The translations under genes were made by a program, and so were the position numbers. A stretch of 64,000 nt of DNA, from the IMG/VR virus record IMGVR_UViG_3300044675_001501, positions 64,001 to 128,000 of that record, one strand, 5' to 3'. The notes beneath the pieces were generated by a model that ran no database searches, was not told where the DNA came from, and worked only from the letters and a program-made list of their open reading frames with translations. The first letter of the stretch is position 1. Each line of letters begins with the position of its first letter. This stretch comes from a virus. Taxonomy: Duplodnaviria > Heunggongvirae > Uroviricota > Caudoviricetes. This document shows, one piece after another, positions 38,193 to 46,480 of this stretch.

Positions 38193-38221
38193 ATTATATA
38201 ACTTACCTATTCAAAAGGCAA
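38193..38221 (-). promoter_or_regulatory. sigma70-type promoter for tRNA-Gly
   Basis: TTGCCT-17-TATAAT. Confidence 0.75.
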
Positions 38222-38228
38222 GTTGCAA

Positions 38229-38450
38229 TTATTCTGGAGTTTCTTCTGCTGGGACTTCTTCGGCTGGAGTCTCAGAAACTTCTGGCGCATCAACTTCTGT
38301 TAGAAGACTTCTTGCAATCCATAGTTTCTTTTCAATCCCATTCTGCTCAGCAAGAACAAAGATTCTATTCGCATCACCTGCGAAAGTTTCCTTGATGATC
38401 CACTGACCCTGTAGGTCTTCATTACCTGGCTCTGCTGTAAATGCTAACAT
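38229..38450 (-). CDS. Hypothetical protein
   Basis: MLAFTAEPG..; acidic tail; SD AAGGA. Confidence 0.6.
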   Translation of the reverse strand: MLAFTAEPGNEDLQGQWIIKETFAGDANRIFVLAEQNGIEKKLWIARSLLTEVDAPEVSETPAEEVPAEETPE

Positions 38451-38603
38451 GGAGGATTCCTTATGTGAAATAAAAATAGTATTCTTATTTAGCGAAAAAG
38501 TCCACAATCTTTTCAAGCATCCTAGCAAACAGCAGAGATGTGACTAGTAGGATTCCTATGACTATTCCCATAGAAATCCAGTATCCAAGTATTTGAAGTG
38601 CGA

Positions 38604-38894
38604 TTATGCCCATAGCATTCTAAACAGTCCCAGCGTATCAATAGCAGTTAACAGTATATAGTTAGCAAGCATGCCAAATGATTTCCGAGTATAAGCAGCC
38701 CAAGCATACATAGCACAGCCAGCAATCCACACAGGATAAAGAGCGAGTAGCGGAGGGTTGGGTACAGTGACTGCCATTGTAATGGAACAGCCGATACTAA
38801 CCGCCCAAGCAAGAAGCTCAACAACAAACCGCAAAGGATTACTATTCCAGTCATCACGAATCCAATCAAAAGTAGGTTTTAACAAGTCATTCAT
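38604..38894 (-). CDS. Hypothetical membrane protein
   Basis: Three hydrophobic segments. Confidence 0.65.
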   Translation of the reverse strand: MNDLLKPTFDWIRDDWNSNPLRFVVELLAWAVSIGCSITMAVTVPNPPLLALYPVWIAGCAMYAWAAYTRKSFGMLANYILLTAIDTLGLFRMLWA

Positions 38895-39130
38895 TTCATT
38901 TCTTTCAGGTAGGGATTATCACCATTTCGGACGGTGATTTTAGTTTTGGGTTCGGTCGTTTTTATCTCCACCGAATCCCGATATACATTTACAGTAGCAG
39001 GAGTCCCGACCACCACATTCGTAGTCGAGCATCCCACCAGCAATAATACTAGGAATCCTAACGATAATACCATAGCGATATAAAAGGGGACCCCCATAAA
39101 TTTTAAAAATTTTACCAAAGTTTTCTCCAA
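38891..39130 (-). CDS. Hypothetical lipoprotein-like protein (start uncertain)
   Basis: LLVGCS lipobox-like motif. Confidence 0.45.
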   Translation of the reverse strand: MEKTLVKFLKFMGVPFYIAMVLSLGFLVLLLVGCSTTNVVVGTPATVNVYRDSVEIKTTEPKTKITVRNGDNPYLKEMK

Positions 39131-39266
39131 AATTCTTTAAGACTCGCCAGAGTCTCGTTAAGACTTTCCGTCTTGTCATCAATCCAATAGTGCAGGTCGC
39201 AATAACGAAAGGCAAGCGTCAAGCCAATATTAATTGCATAGAACACTAGGAATCCTAGAATCCAAA

Positions 39267-39647
39267 TCATGAAAACTCCCTAGAGGTAAAGGCATAACCA
39301 TCAGCATCATCCCAATCATATTCAGGATTAAACCAAGGACGCTTGTCAATCTTACCCTGAGTATTATGCTGTAGGTTTTTATGCCCATCTGGATACTCAA
39401 AGTCAGGTGCCTTGACTCCCTCAATCATTTCAACGAAATCTTCATAAGGAATCCTATCCCCATATTCATCCATGATAGTACAGCTCTTAAGGAATTCCTT
39501 CCATGCCTGCCAAGAGGTCAGACGCTCAGCTGGATATCCCTGAAAGGTAAAAGCCCAACCCCATGAAGATTTACCAATATGGTATTCCTCATCATATCTC
39601 TCACATGATTCACAGTGATTCTTAGCTACATAATAGTTAGTGCCCAT
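39267..39647 (-). CDS. Hypothetical protein
   Basis: CESC..HIGKSSWGWAFTFQ. Confidence 0.7.
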   Translation of the reverse strand: MGTNYYVAKNHCESCERYDEEYHIGKSSWGWAFTFQGYPAERLTSWQAWKEFLKSCTIMDEYGDRIPYEDFVEMIEGVKAPDFEYPDGHKNLQHNTQGKIDKRPWFNPEYDWDDADGYAFTSREFS

Positions 39648-39648
39648 A

Positions 39649-39825
39649 TTACATCCCCAAAAGTGCTACCATATAATACAAAGAAATTACCACTAGGAGT
39701 CCCTCTAAAAGATAGTTAGTAAGCGGTGTAGGCTTACGCTCAATCTTGTTTATATCTCTCATAACAGACAGCTTACCTGCATAATAGGCAGAGAAGAATC
39801 CTAATGCAATGGCGAAAATACTCAT
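39649..39825 (-). CDS. Small membrane protein (58 aa; not in track)
   Basis: Hand translation MSIFAIALGFFSAYYAG..LLVVISLYYMVALLGM*. Confidence 0.5.
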   Translation of the reverse strand: MSIFAIALGFFSAYYAGKLSVMRDINKIERKPTPLTNYLLEGLLVVISLYYMVALLGM

Positions 39826-39835
39826 AGGAGTCCCC

Positions 39836-40027
39836 TTACGCTATTTTTGTATAACTAGCACGATAGTAGCAATCAGGATCAGTATAATCGCTCCACTGTT
39901 CGCAAAATGCTTTAGCGTCTTGTTCGTTATCAAAGTATTTCTCACCCATAGGACGCTGACCCCATCCACGCTCATACTCAGTCATCGTCACTTTATATAC
40001 AGGGGTTTTCAGTTTAATCTCAGGCAT
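39836..40027 (-). CDS. Hypothetical protein
   Basis: YERGWGQRP motif. Confidence 0.65.
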   Translation of the reverse strand: MPEIKLKTPVYKVTMTEYERGWGQRPMGEKYFDNEQDAKAFCEQWSDYTDPDCYYRASYTKIA

Positions 40028-40160
40028 AGGAGTCCCTTTAAGGTTTGTGTTTCTTTGGATCTCGGACAGAAAAAATGAGAGCTCGGTGTAACTAGGTGCC
40101 CCGATTTTAAGGCTAGGAGTCCCTGGAACTGTTTTTTATGGGACTCCAGCCGTATCGGAA

Positions 40161-40328
40161 TTATCGCCATTTATCGAAGATCTTTTCAACCTCTCGAGTG
40201 GATATCTGCAGTTCACTCGCGATAAAGTCTACGGTGTCAGTTTCAAAGCCAAACGGATCACCGAGATCCAACGCATAAGTCTGTACTGCAATCATCGGCA
40301 TAGGTATTGTGTCAATTTCAGCAATCAT
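40161..40328 (-). CDS. Hypothetical protein (55 aa)
   Basis: MIAEIDTIPM..; SD GGAG. Confidence 0.5.
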   Translation of the reverse strand: MIAEIDTIPMPMIAVQTYALDLGDPFGFETDTVDFIASELQISTREVEKIFDKWR

Positions 40329-40340
40329 CGTATTCTCCAA

Positions 40341-41267
40341 TTAAGCAGTCAACATGTAGGTAGCCAGATCTTTCCAGTCTTTGTTGCTGGCACGAACCTT
40401 GGCAACAGAGATCAGCGTACGCAGGGAAATTTCCTTAACTTCTTCCTTGATCTCACGGATCAGAGCCAGAGCATCTGCCTTCACAGCAGCATCATACTCA
40501 GGCAGGAACTCAGGAGCAGCAGCGATAGTCTCCATACGCTCGATCTTCTGATCAGTGGTCATGCTCAGGTCGATCATCATGCTACGTGAACGAATCGCCT
40601 GATCAATCTTACCCTCATCCATATTGGAGATGAAGATAACACGACCTTCGAAGTTGAACGAACGTGGCAGGTCATCATCACGCATGTCAGCGTTCCAGCT
40701 GATAATACGCTTACCGTAGCTGTCCAGAGCAGACTTCAGAATGTTCAGTGCAACTGGATCTTTCAGAACCGAGTCACAGTCATCGAACACAATGATCGAC
40801 TTGTTGTTCTCGAACAGAGTACGATACAAACCTTTCGGAGTGCTATAACCTTTGATGAAGGTAAAGCATTTACGAATGTTCATGACCGAACCCACCTGGA
40901 AGTCAGCCAGATCAGAGATATCTTTGTAACCTTTGGACTCAAGAGTCTTGGTCACAGTATAGGTCTTACCCAAGCCACCTTCACCAGTGATAATCGCACT
41001 TGGCTGAACACCATCAGCAACCATCGAGACCAGTTTCTCAACGAAACCGAAGCGAGCATTAATACCGAACTTATCTTCTTTTGGAGTGTATCCAGCAACG
41101 ATCTTGTTATAAGGCAATTTGGTTCCAGTCAGTTTGTTGAAGTGATATTCTACGACCTTCTCCAGATCGACACCAGTCTTGCTGGTGGTAAAGGTACGAT
41201 CACCGATGGCAATCACGGTCTTACCAGTCTTCTTATCGGTCGAGAGGGAGGCTTTCACTGTAGTCAT
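40341..41267 (-). CDS. AAA+ ATPase
   Basis: GEGGLGKT (Walker A), IIVFDDCD (Walker B), AIRSRS. Confidence 0.85.
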   Translation of the reverse strand: MTTVKASLSTDKKTGKTVIAIGDRTFTTSKTGVDLEKVVEYHFNKLTGTKLPYNKIVAGYTPKEDKFGINARFGFVEKLVSMVADGVQPSAIITGEGGLGKTYTVTKTLESKGYKDISDLADFQVGSVMNIRKCFTFIKGYSTPKGLYRTLFENNKSIIVFDDCDSVLKDPVALNILKSALDSYGKRIISWNADMRDDDLPRSFNFEGRVIFISNMDEGKIDQAIRSRSMMIDLSMTTDQKIERMETIAAAPEFLPEYDAAVKADALALIREIKEEVKEISLRTLISVAKVRASNKDWKDLATYMLTA

Positions 41268-41304
41268 TTGGGTTTTCCTTAGTAGTTTCAATCAATTACC
41301 AGTA

Positions 41305-41332
41305 AGTATACCCGAATTTGCATTAATGTAAA
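41305..41332 (-). promoter_or_regulatory. sigma70-type promoter
   Basis: TTTACA-16-TATACT. Confidence 0.7.
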
Positions 41333-41349
41333 GGACTATTTTCACATAA

Positions 41350-41366
41350 CCCTACGTCCTGTAGGG
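41350..41366. promoter_or_regulatory. Palindromic operator, copy 2
   Basis: CCCTAC-GTCCT-GTAGGG, identical core to copy 1. Confidence 0.75.
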
Positions 41367-41373
41367 GTATCTG

Positions 41374-41386
41374 TAAGTCATTGATT
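41374..41386 (-). promoter_or_regulatory. IHF consensus box
   Basis: AATCAA-TGAC-TTA. Confidence 0.6.
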
Positions 41387-41428
41387 TGTAAGGGTTTTCT
41401 GATCCTTAACATCAACCCCTACACCGAG

Positions 41429-41457
41429 ATTTTACTCCCCTGTCAAGGGTTTGTCAA
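41429..41457 (-). promoter_or_regulatory. sigma70-type promoter
   Basis: TTGACA-17-TAAAAT. Confidence 0.6.
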
Positions 41458-41476
41458 GATTGCAAGATAAAAAAGA

Positions 41477-41782
41477 TCAGTCATCCTGGGTCCAAAGATC
41501 GCGACCAGAGACAAACTGATTGTTACCGATCGGGTCAGGCACCTGCGGTAATGGTAAACCTTCTTCGCGTTCATCCTGAGATGCTTGAAGTGACCATATA
41601 ATCTTCTCCGCAGTCTCATTCCCTGATGTCATGAACTTACTCATCGACTCCGACTGTTTCTGCTTAGTCTCCTGGGTGACGATGCGTGCTTTATTAGAAC
41701 ATACCTTTGAACAGTATGGTCCACGCTTGCGATGCTCAGAGTAGCACTCGGGGCACACCTTCTTTTTATACACTGAAGGCAT
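41477..41782 (-). CDS. Zinc-finger hypothetical protein
   Basis: CPEC..YCSKVC. Confidence 0.65.
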   Translation of the reverse strand: MPSVYKKKVCPECYSEHRKRGPYCSKVCSNKARIVTQETKQKQSESMSKFMTSGNETAEKIIWSLQASQDEREEGLPLPQVPDPIGNNQFVSGRDLWTQDD

Positions 41783-41835
41783 TATTTATCTCCTTTGCGA
41801 GAGCGGAACAGGAAGAACGCCAAGATCAAATTTGC

Positions 41836-41997
41836 CTATTTCCGTTCACTACCCTTCCCCTTTCGAACTTTCTTCTCTAGATTAGCGAGAACAGCATCTT
41901 GGTACTTATCCTCATTGGTTCGAATGTCCTTTTCCTTATAGGTATGACCGAACAGCTTATGCCCTGACCATGTCTTCTCAGTCTTTGTTTTTCTCAT
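41836..41997 (-). CDS. Hypothetical basic protein (53 aa)
   Basis: MRKTKTEKTWSGHKLFG.. Confidence 0.45.
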   Translation of the reverse strand: MRKTKTEKTWSGHKLFGHTYKEKDIRTNEDKYQDAVLANLEKKVRKGKGSERK

Positions 41998-42013
41998 AGT
42001 GATTCAACCAATA

Positions 42014-42244
42014 TTATTCATATTGGTCTTCCTTTATTACTCTCTCAACCGATCTCAGCCCACACCAGTGACACCAATAGTGTACCTTCCCTGGCTCTAT
42101 ATACGGATTTCGTTCCATCTTATGCCAGTCATGCCTATGGGCAAATACCATCAATCTTCTATAGAGGAACTTATAATAGAGAGACTTAATCATTCTTCTC
42201 TCCGAATTCACACATACAGAACTGCCACTCAGAGCAGGTTTCAT
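42014..42244 (-). CDS. Hypothetical protein
   Basis: HRHDW..WCHWCG; start uncertain. Confidence 0.5.
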   Translation of the reverse strand: MKPALSGSSVCVNSERRMIKSLYYKFLYRRLMVFAHRHDWHKMERNPYIEPGKVHYWCHWCGLRSVERVIKEDQYE

Positions 42245-42337
42245 CTATGGGTAGATAATCAAACTCAGGACAGTAATGTTTAAAAACACCCTTCAGTGGC
42301 TTACCATAGTGATGAATGCAGTCTTGTTCAAATTCGG

Positions 42338-42742
42338 TCATATGCCCTGCTCCATTACGGTACGGAAGTCGGATGCTATTGGTTGCTTCATCTCAATCTC
42401 TAATGATACATAGGGTGAGCCCAGTTCTTTCCATGCTTCTACTGCCCAGTCATGAGAACGATAAACATCAGCCACATAGCCAATGATGCTCTGATACTTG
42501 ACGCAGTCCATATAATCTCTGGTGACTTCCTTGGCTTTCTCTAGATCCCAGGTCCAATGATTAGCGTCAACTTCCTTGGTCTTATCGCATACGATCAACG
42601 TATCATCTCGAACTTCCAGAACAACAAAGTATGGACAAAACATCTCATTCCAATAGTCTCCTGGTAATGGATTTGCCCATGCGATATTGTTCTTCTGATC
42701 GCTTGGCTTCACTTCAGTAAACGGATTATAGTCATCACTCAT
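42338..42742 (-). CDS. Hypothetical protein
   Basis: 134 aa, coupled to the upstream gene. Confidence 0.6.
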   Translation of the reverse strand: MSDDYNPFTEVKPSDQKNNIAWANPLPGDYWNEMFCPYFVVLEVRDDTLIVCDKTKEVDANHWTWDLEKAKEVTRDYMDCVKYQSIIGYVADVYRSHDWAVEAWKELGSPYVSLEIEMKQPIASDFRTVMEQGI

Positions 42743-42933
42743 GGTAATTCGGGTAACGGCATCCAGTGTGTTACCTCTCCTCCTCCGAAAAATCCACTCT
42801 TGCTTATAAATGAACCATCATCGTAGTAGCCGATCCACATCTGCGGTCCAGTTTCAAATATGCCTGGAGCATGATATAGAATCCACTGATCTGATGGTGG
42901 TAGCCTATCCTTTGTTGATATCCAATTAGACAT
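42739..42933 (-). CDS. DUF551-like protein
   Basis: WISTKDRLP..VTHWMPLPELP. Confidence 0.75.
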   Translation of the reverse strand: MSNWISTKDRLPPSDQWILYHAPGIFETGPQMWIGYYDDGSFISKSGFFGGGEVTHWMPLPELP

Positions 42934-43168
42934 AGTACACCATGTTGCTTTTTCTATAGATTTCTATTGTGTTTAGCATTCCCTCAGCTCTGGCTATTGC
43001 TCGTTCCTTGGCTTCAAACTGATTACAGTAGTGGACTGGGTTTCTTGGATTCTCATCCCACTTATAGCAACTGTCATACTTCCAGAATAGAAAGGTTTTA
43101 TATTCAACTTGATACTCTTTCCTGTGTGCATCGAGCACGACACGAACGCTTTTATACAAGGGTTTCAC
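42926..43168 (-). CDS. Hypothetical protein
   Basis: GTG start MKPLYKS. Confidence 0.55.
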   Translation of the reverse strand: MKPLYKSVRVVLDAHRKEYQVEYKTFLFWKYDSCYKWDENPRNPVHYCNQFEAKERAIARAEGMLNTIEIYRKSNMVYYV

Positions 43169-43308
43169 TGTTTTACCTCCACTGATACAGGTTTGTTGTA
43201 CCACTTAATAAATTCCATCACACCACCATAGGCTAGACCAGCCATGGTTATAGCCAGCACTGGAGCAATAAAGACAATATAGAACAGAATGAATAACTTA
43301 CTGAACAT
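43165..43308 (-). CDS. Small membrane protein
   Basis: MFSKLFILFYIVF.. Confidence 0.5.
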   Translation of the reverse strand: MFSKLFILFYIVFIAPVLAITMAGLAYGGVMEFIKWYNKPVSVEVKQ

Positions 43309-43525
43309 CGGTGCTTTCCCATGCCCAGTTAACAACCACCCAGTCATCGATACAATCCTGAAAGGTATGAACCTCTGGATCTTTTCCTGCTTCATACATA
43401 CGCTTACACCAGTAATCCCAGTAGCGATCTAGAATTTCTTTTTCTGATAGCGTAACGACATAACCACCAGTCTCATCGGCTAGTGGTGAGTCAGGATCAT
43501 ATTCATTGTAAGACCAGTATTTCAT
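43298..43525 (-). CDS. Hypothetical protein
   Basis: ILDRYWDYW..CIDDWVVVNWAW. Confidence 0.6.
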   Translation of the reverse strand: MKYWSYNEYDPDSPLADETGGYVVTLSEKEILDRYWDYWCKRMYEAGKDPEVHTFQDCIDDWVVVNWAWESTDVQ

Positions 43526-43725
43526 TCCATCCAATTTGTATTGTTGTCAGCCCAAACCATTGCCTCATGCTCATTGTTGAAAAATGGAGACACGATCTTT
43601 TGACTAGAGTTTTCGTTGGGCTTCGGTTTATCTGTTTCTCTTACCCAGAACCAAGTATAGGTCGGCAGTCCTGGATCTCTTAATGAAAGAAGAACATAAT
43701 GCCCTATACGCTTTTCCTCTTTCAT
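43522..43725 (-). CDS. Hypothetical protein
   Basis: 67 aa, coupled. Confidence 0.5.
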   Translation of the reverse strand: MKEEKRIGHYVLLSLRDPGLPTYTWFWVRETDKPKPNENSSQKIVSPFFNNEHEAMVWADNNTNWME

Positions 43726-43780
43726 TTGCGCTTTCCCAACTCATAACCGATAAGAAACTCTTTGAGTAATCCCCTTGCTA

Positions 43781-44050
43781 TCATTGTAGTTTCCTTTCTA
43801 GATTTGGAACACCCATCTCCTCTAGTTCTTCCTTTGAGCAGAGAGCATGGGCTAACAGCTGCAGCTCATCCTCACTGAGTTCATCTAGATCAAGAGGACG
43901 ACTCTCAAGTTTCATTTGCTCTGGTGTCATGTTTTGAAACTTCTCAGTGATATCCTTCATTAACTGATCCAGCTCTTCCTGTGTTCCTTCGAAGTCATCA
44001 AAGCAACCAGGAGCAAATTTAATTTGAATTGGCTTTTCTTGTTCGCTCAT
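43781..44050 (-). CDS. Hypothetical protein
   Basis: FAPGCFDDFEGTQEELD. Confidence 0.6.
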   Translation of the reverse strand: MSEQEKPIQIKFAPGCFDDFEGTQEELDQLMKDITEKFQNMTPEQMKLESRPLDLDELSEDELQLLAHALCSKEELEEMGVPNLERKLQ

Positions 44051-44171
44051 CTTCAACCTTCTTTTCTACCTTTGTTTCATTTTTTGGAAAGTATGGTTCT
44101 ATTACAAAATAATTGGCACTCCACCAGCCAACTGCACTAAAGAATCCCCATACAAGTATTTCAGCTATCAT
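44019..44171 (-). CDS. Small membrane protein
   Basis: ILVWGFFSAVGWW. Confidence 0.5.
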   Translation of the reverse strand: MIAEILVWGFFSAVGWWSANYFVIEPYFPKNETKVEKKVEDERTRKANSN

Positions 44172-44451
44172 GTTCCTCCCATCTTCGTTCGATTGGATTC
44201 CAATGACGGTCATCATAGAAATTTATATCACCATACCAACCTAGCAATCCGAAACTGATACTTAGACCAGCATGGTCTTGCCTATGTGTCAGAGAAATTC
44301 CAATATCAAATAACATTCCTCGATGTCGATAGAAACCAACATCGAGGTGCTTGTGCTCGCCTTCCTTCAGTAACCAGTGACGCTGCCAAATTTCTTTATA
44401 TTCAGTTTGACGTGTCCATGGGTTGAACAGGCTTATGGTAAAATGTAGCAT
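44161..44451 (-). CDS. Hypothetical protein
   Basis: 96 aa. Confidence 0.55.
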   Translation of the reverse strand: MLHFTISLFNPWTRQTEYKEIWQRHWLLKEGEHKHLDVGFYRHRGMLFDIGISLTHRQDHAGLSISFGLLGWYGDINFYDDRHWNPIERRWEEHDS

Positions 44452-44452
44452 A

Positions 44453-44572
44453 TCAGTACCAGAACAGTGCAGGTATCAAAGTCGCCAAAGCTGCAACAAC
44501 CAGCACAATGTCTTTAAGAAAGAATGCCAAAACAGCAGAAATAACAGTAAGGATTAGAAGAGAAATCTTCAT
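44453..44572 (-). CDS. Small membrane protein (39 aa)
   Basis: MKISLLILTVISAVLAFFLK.. Confidence 0.5.
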   Translation of the reverse strand: MKISLLILTVISAVLAFFLKDIVLVVAALATLIPALFWY

Positions 44573-45624
44573 TAGAACGCATCCCAATGCCAAGTCTTCT
44601 GCTGTTTACGTGTTAGAACAACTTTGTTCTCGTCATCACCAAAGATAAACTTACCTTCTTTGGGGTGCATTTCTAACAAGTGCTCCTGCGTCAGATAGAG
44701 TGACTGCCAATCCACTTCGTCGTTGCCTGGATCCAAGTCGAAGTCCAGGCGAATGCCCTTTGGGGATAGTGGGCTGCCCTCCCAAACAGAAGGAGCGATT
44801 GTTTCAACAAGTTTAGATTTATGGGTAAGCACAACATCAAAACTAGAACCACCATCAAACTCAACCTTCACATTCAGCATACGCAATGCTTGCTGAGGTG
44901 TTTCATTGTATCGATTCATTTCCTCAACGACTGCTTTTAACATGTCGAAGTTGAACTGATCAAACAATGCTGCGATTTGAGTCAGCTTTTCGATGTGCTT
45001 TTTGTCTTTCAGATTATCATTGCAGTATTCAACAATGAAGTCAGCATCAAGACCCTTATAATCCAGAGCATAATAAATCCTACCTGGACGATTACGCATA
45101 TGACGATCAACACGCCATTTATCATTGCAGGTTAGAATGAACAGCTTCTGTGTTGGATAAACTCCATCAAGTAAAGTCAACATTACTTGTTGTTCGTCCT
45201 CATCGTATACCTTTTCGAACTCATCGAAAAGAACAATGCAGGGTTGATCAATATCTTGAATTAGTTTATTGAATCGGTCACCATGCCATGGTTGGTTGAT
45301 GACGATTGTTGGGATACCACCTAATGCTCCGTGAATAGAAAGCATTTTAGCAAGCAGAGTTTTACCTGAACCCTTCTCGCCTGACAGTAGTACACCTGTT
45401 GATGCATTGCGATCAAGGAAGGTACGAATGATACGCTCTACGTTCTGTAATGTATCACCATAAATTTTCTTTGGTGGTTCAAATGCGTCAATTCCCTCAA
45501 GAAACAAATTTCCGTACTCATCTGATTTAACAGTATAAGTGCCGATGGGCAACTTTCGATGAATGTCTAATGATGCCTCATCGGCGACACGAAAAGTATT
45601 TCCATTACGAATAAAGTGTGACAT
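44572..45624 (-). CDS. AAA+ ATPase
   Basis: GEKGSGKT, VLFDEFEK, NRPGRI. Confidence 0.88.
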   Translation of the reverse strand: MSHFIRNGNTFRVADEASLDIHRKLPIGTYTVKSDEYGNLFLEGIDAFEPPKKIYGDTLQNVERIIRTFLDRNASTGVLLSGEKGSGKTLLAKMLSIHGALGGIPTIVINQPWHGDRFNKLIQDIDQPCIVLFDEFEKVYDEDEQQVMLTLLDGVYPTQKLFILTCNDKWRVDRHMRNRPGRIYYALDYKGLDADFIVEYCNDNLKDKKHIEKLTQIAALFDQFNFDMLKAVVEEMNRYNETPQQALRMLNVKVEFDGGSSFDVVLTHKSKLVETIAPSVWEGSPLSPKGIRLDFDLDPGNDEVDWQSLYLTQEHLLEMHPKEGKFIFGDDENKVVLTRKQQKTWHWDAF

Positions 45625-45650
45625 AAAAACTCCATTAAAAACTTGAGGTA

Positions 45651-45680
45651 ATTATACCTCGACAAATGCCATTTGGTCAA
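45651..45680 (-). promoter_or_regulatory. sigma70-type promoter
   Basis: TTGACC-18-TATAAT. Confidence 0.6.
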
Positions 45681-45915
45681 ATTTCTTTTCTTGAATAGTT
45701 TTTTCTTTGAAAAACTTTCTTGGGTTGCCACACATTGCACACTTCGAATCACCGCAGTTCAATATGTGTTTCTTATGATTGCGATGCGGTTGTTCAAGAT
45801 ACTTCCACTTCTCACTCATATGGTAGCCTTTTGCAATTCTAACCTGTCGAGCAATTGCACGCTCATCAGCTTGAATACGTTTTGCCTTTTTTGCTTTGCT
45901 ATAATCATCACTCAT
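45652..45915 (-). CDS. Hypothetical basic protein
   Basis: CGDSKCAMCGNPRK. Confidence 0.65.
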   Translation of the reverse strand: MSDDYSKAKKAKRIQADERAIARQVRIAKGYHMSEKWKYLEQPHRNHKKHILNCGDSKCAMCGNPRKFFKEKTIQEKKFDQMAFVEV

Positions 45916-45925
45916 AGTTATCCCC

Positions 45926-46165
45926 TTAATGAATGAATTTTTGTGTTGACGGAGTTGCTACATCTCCATCAGCTACCTTTCTCAAAAGATTTTTAAAATC
46001 GTCTTCAGAGCCAGTTTCTTTTGTGAGCCACATTAATCGAGCAAGCACAATCGAAGCAACAGACAACGGAGGCAACTCTGTTATCTCTGTCATCGAGAAC
46101 AAAACATTATCAACATTCTGCGCGATTCCTACCATTTCTTCTTCTGTTAATTGGTCAACTCTCAT
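45926..46165 (-). CDS. Hypothetical protein
   Basis: 79 aa, SD AAGGAG. Confidence 0.6.
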   Translation of the reverse strand: MRVDQLTEEEMVGIAQNVDNVLFSMTEITELPPLSVASIVLARLMWLTKETGSEDDFKNLLRKVADGDVATPSTQKFIH

Positions 46166-46295
46166 GACCTCTCCTTATAGTATTTGTACAGTTTGAGATA
46201 GTACGCAAATCGTTTAGGTTCTTGCTCAGGATTTGGTAGTGGACCAAGCATTCGCTCCATATCCTCTACCAATTTCTTTATTTGTTCTTCAGTAA

Positions 46296-46430
46296 TCATC
46301 TACCCTGTCCACGATACCTTTTGAAAGTACGCTTCTGGGTCTTATTCATTGCTGATGTTTTTGGGTTTCTACCACCCTGTGATGTGTGCTTATGCACACG
46401 TTTGTGACCACTACCAGATTTGGTTGCCAT
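46296..46430 (-). CDS. Small basic protein (44 aa)
   Basis: MATKSGSGHKR..KRYRGQGR*; SD AGGAG. Confidence 0.6.
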   Translation of the reverse strand: MATKSGSGHKRVHKHTSQGGRNPKTSAMNKTQKRTFKRYRGQGR

Positions 46431-46480
46431 AATATCTCCTTAGAGTTGTTGAACAGAGGGAGTTACCCCTCTGTTTTTAT

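Noticed and set aside
41997-42021. MNNIG-TGA in frame with the following 53-aa ORF (possible stop-codon recoding)
   Set aside because: No suppressor or Sec tRNA is present, long genes end normally under code 11, and the downstream ATG suffices.
46452-46480. Hairpin after the DUF2828 gene as its terminator
   Set aside because: The U-tract is on the plus strand only, so its role for the minus-strand transcript is unclear.
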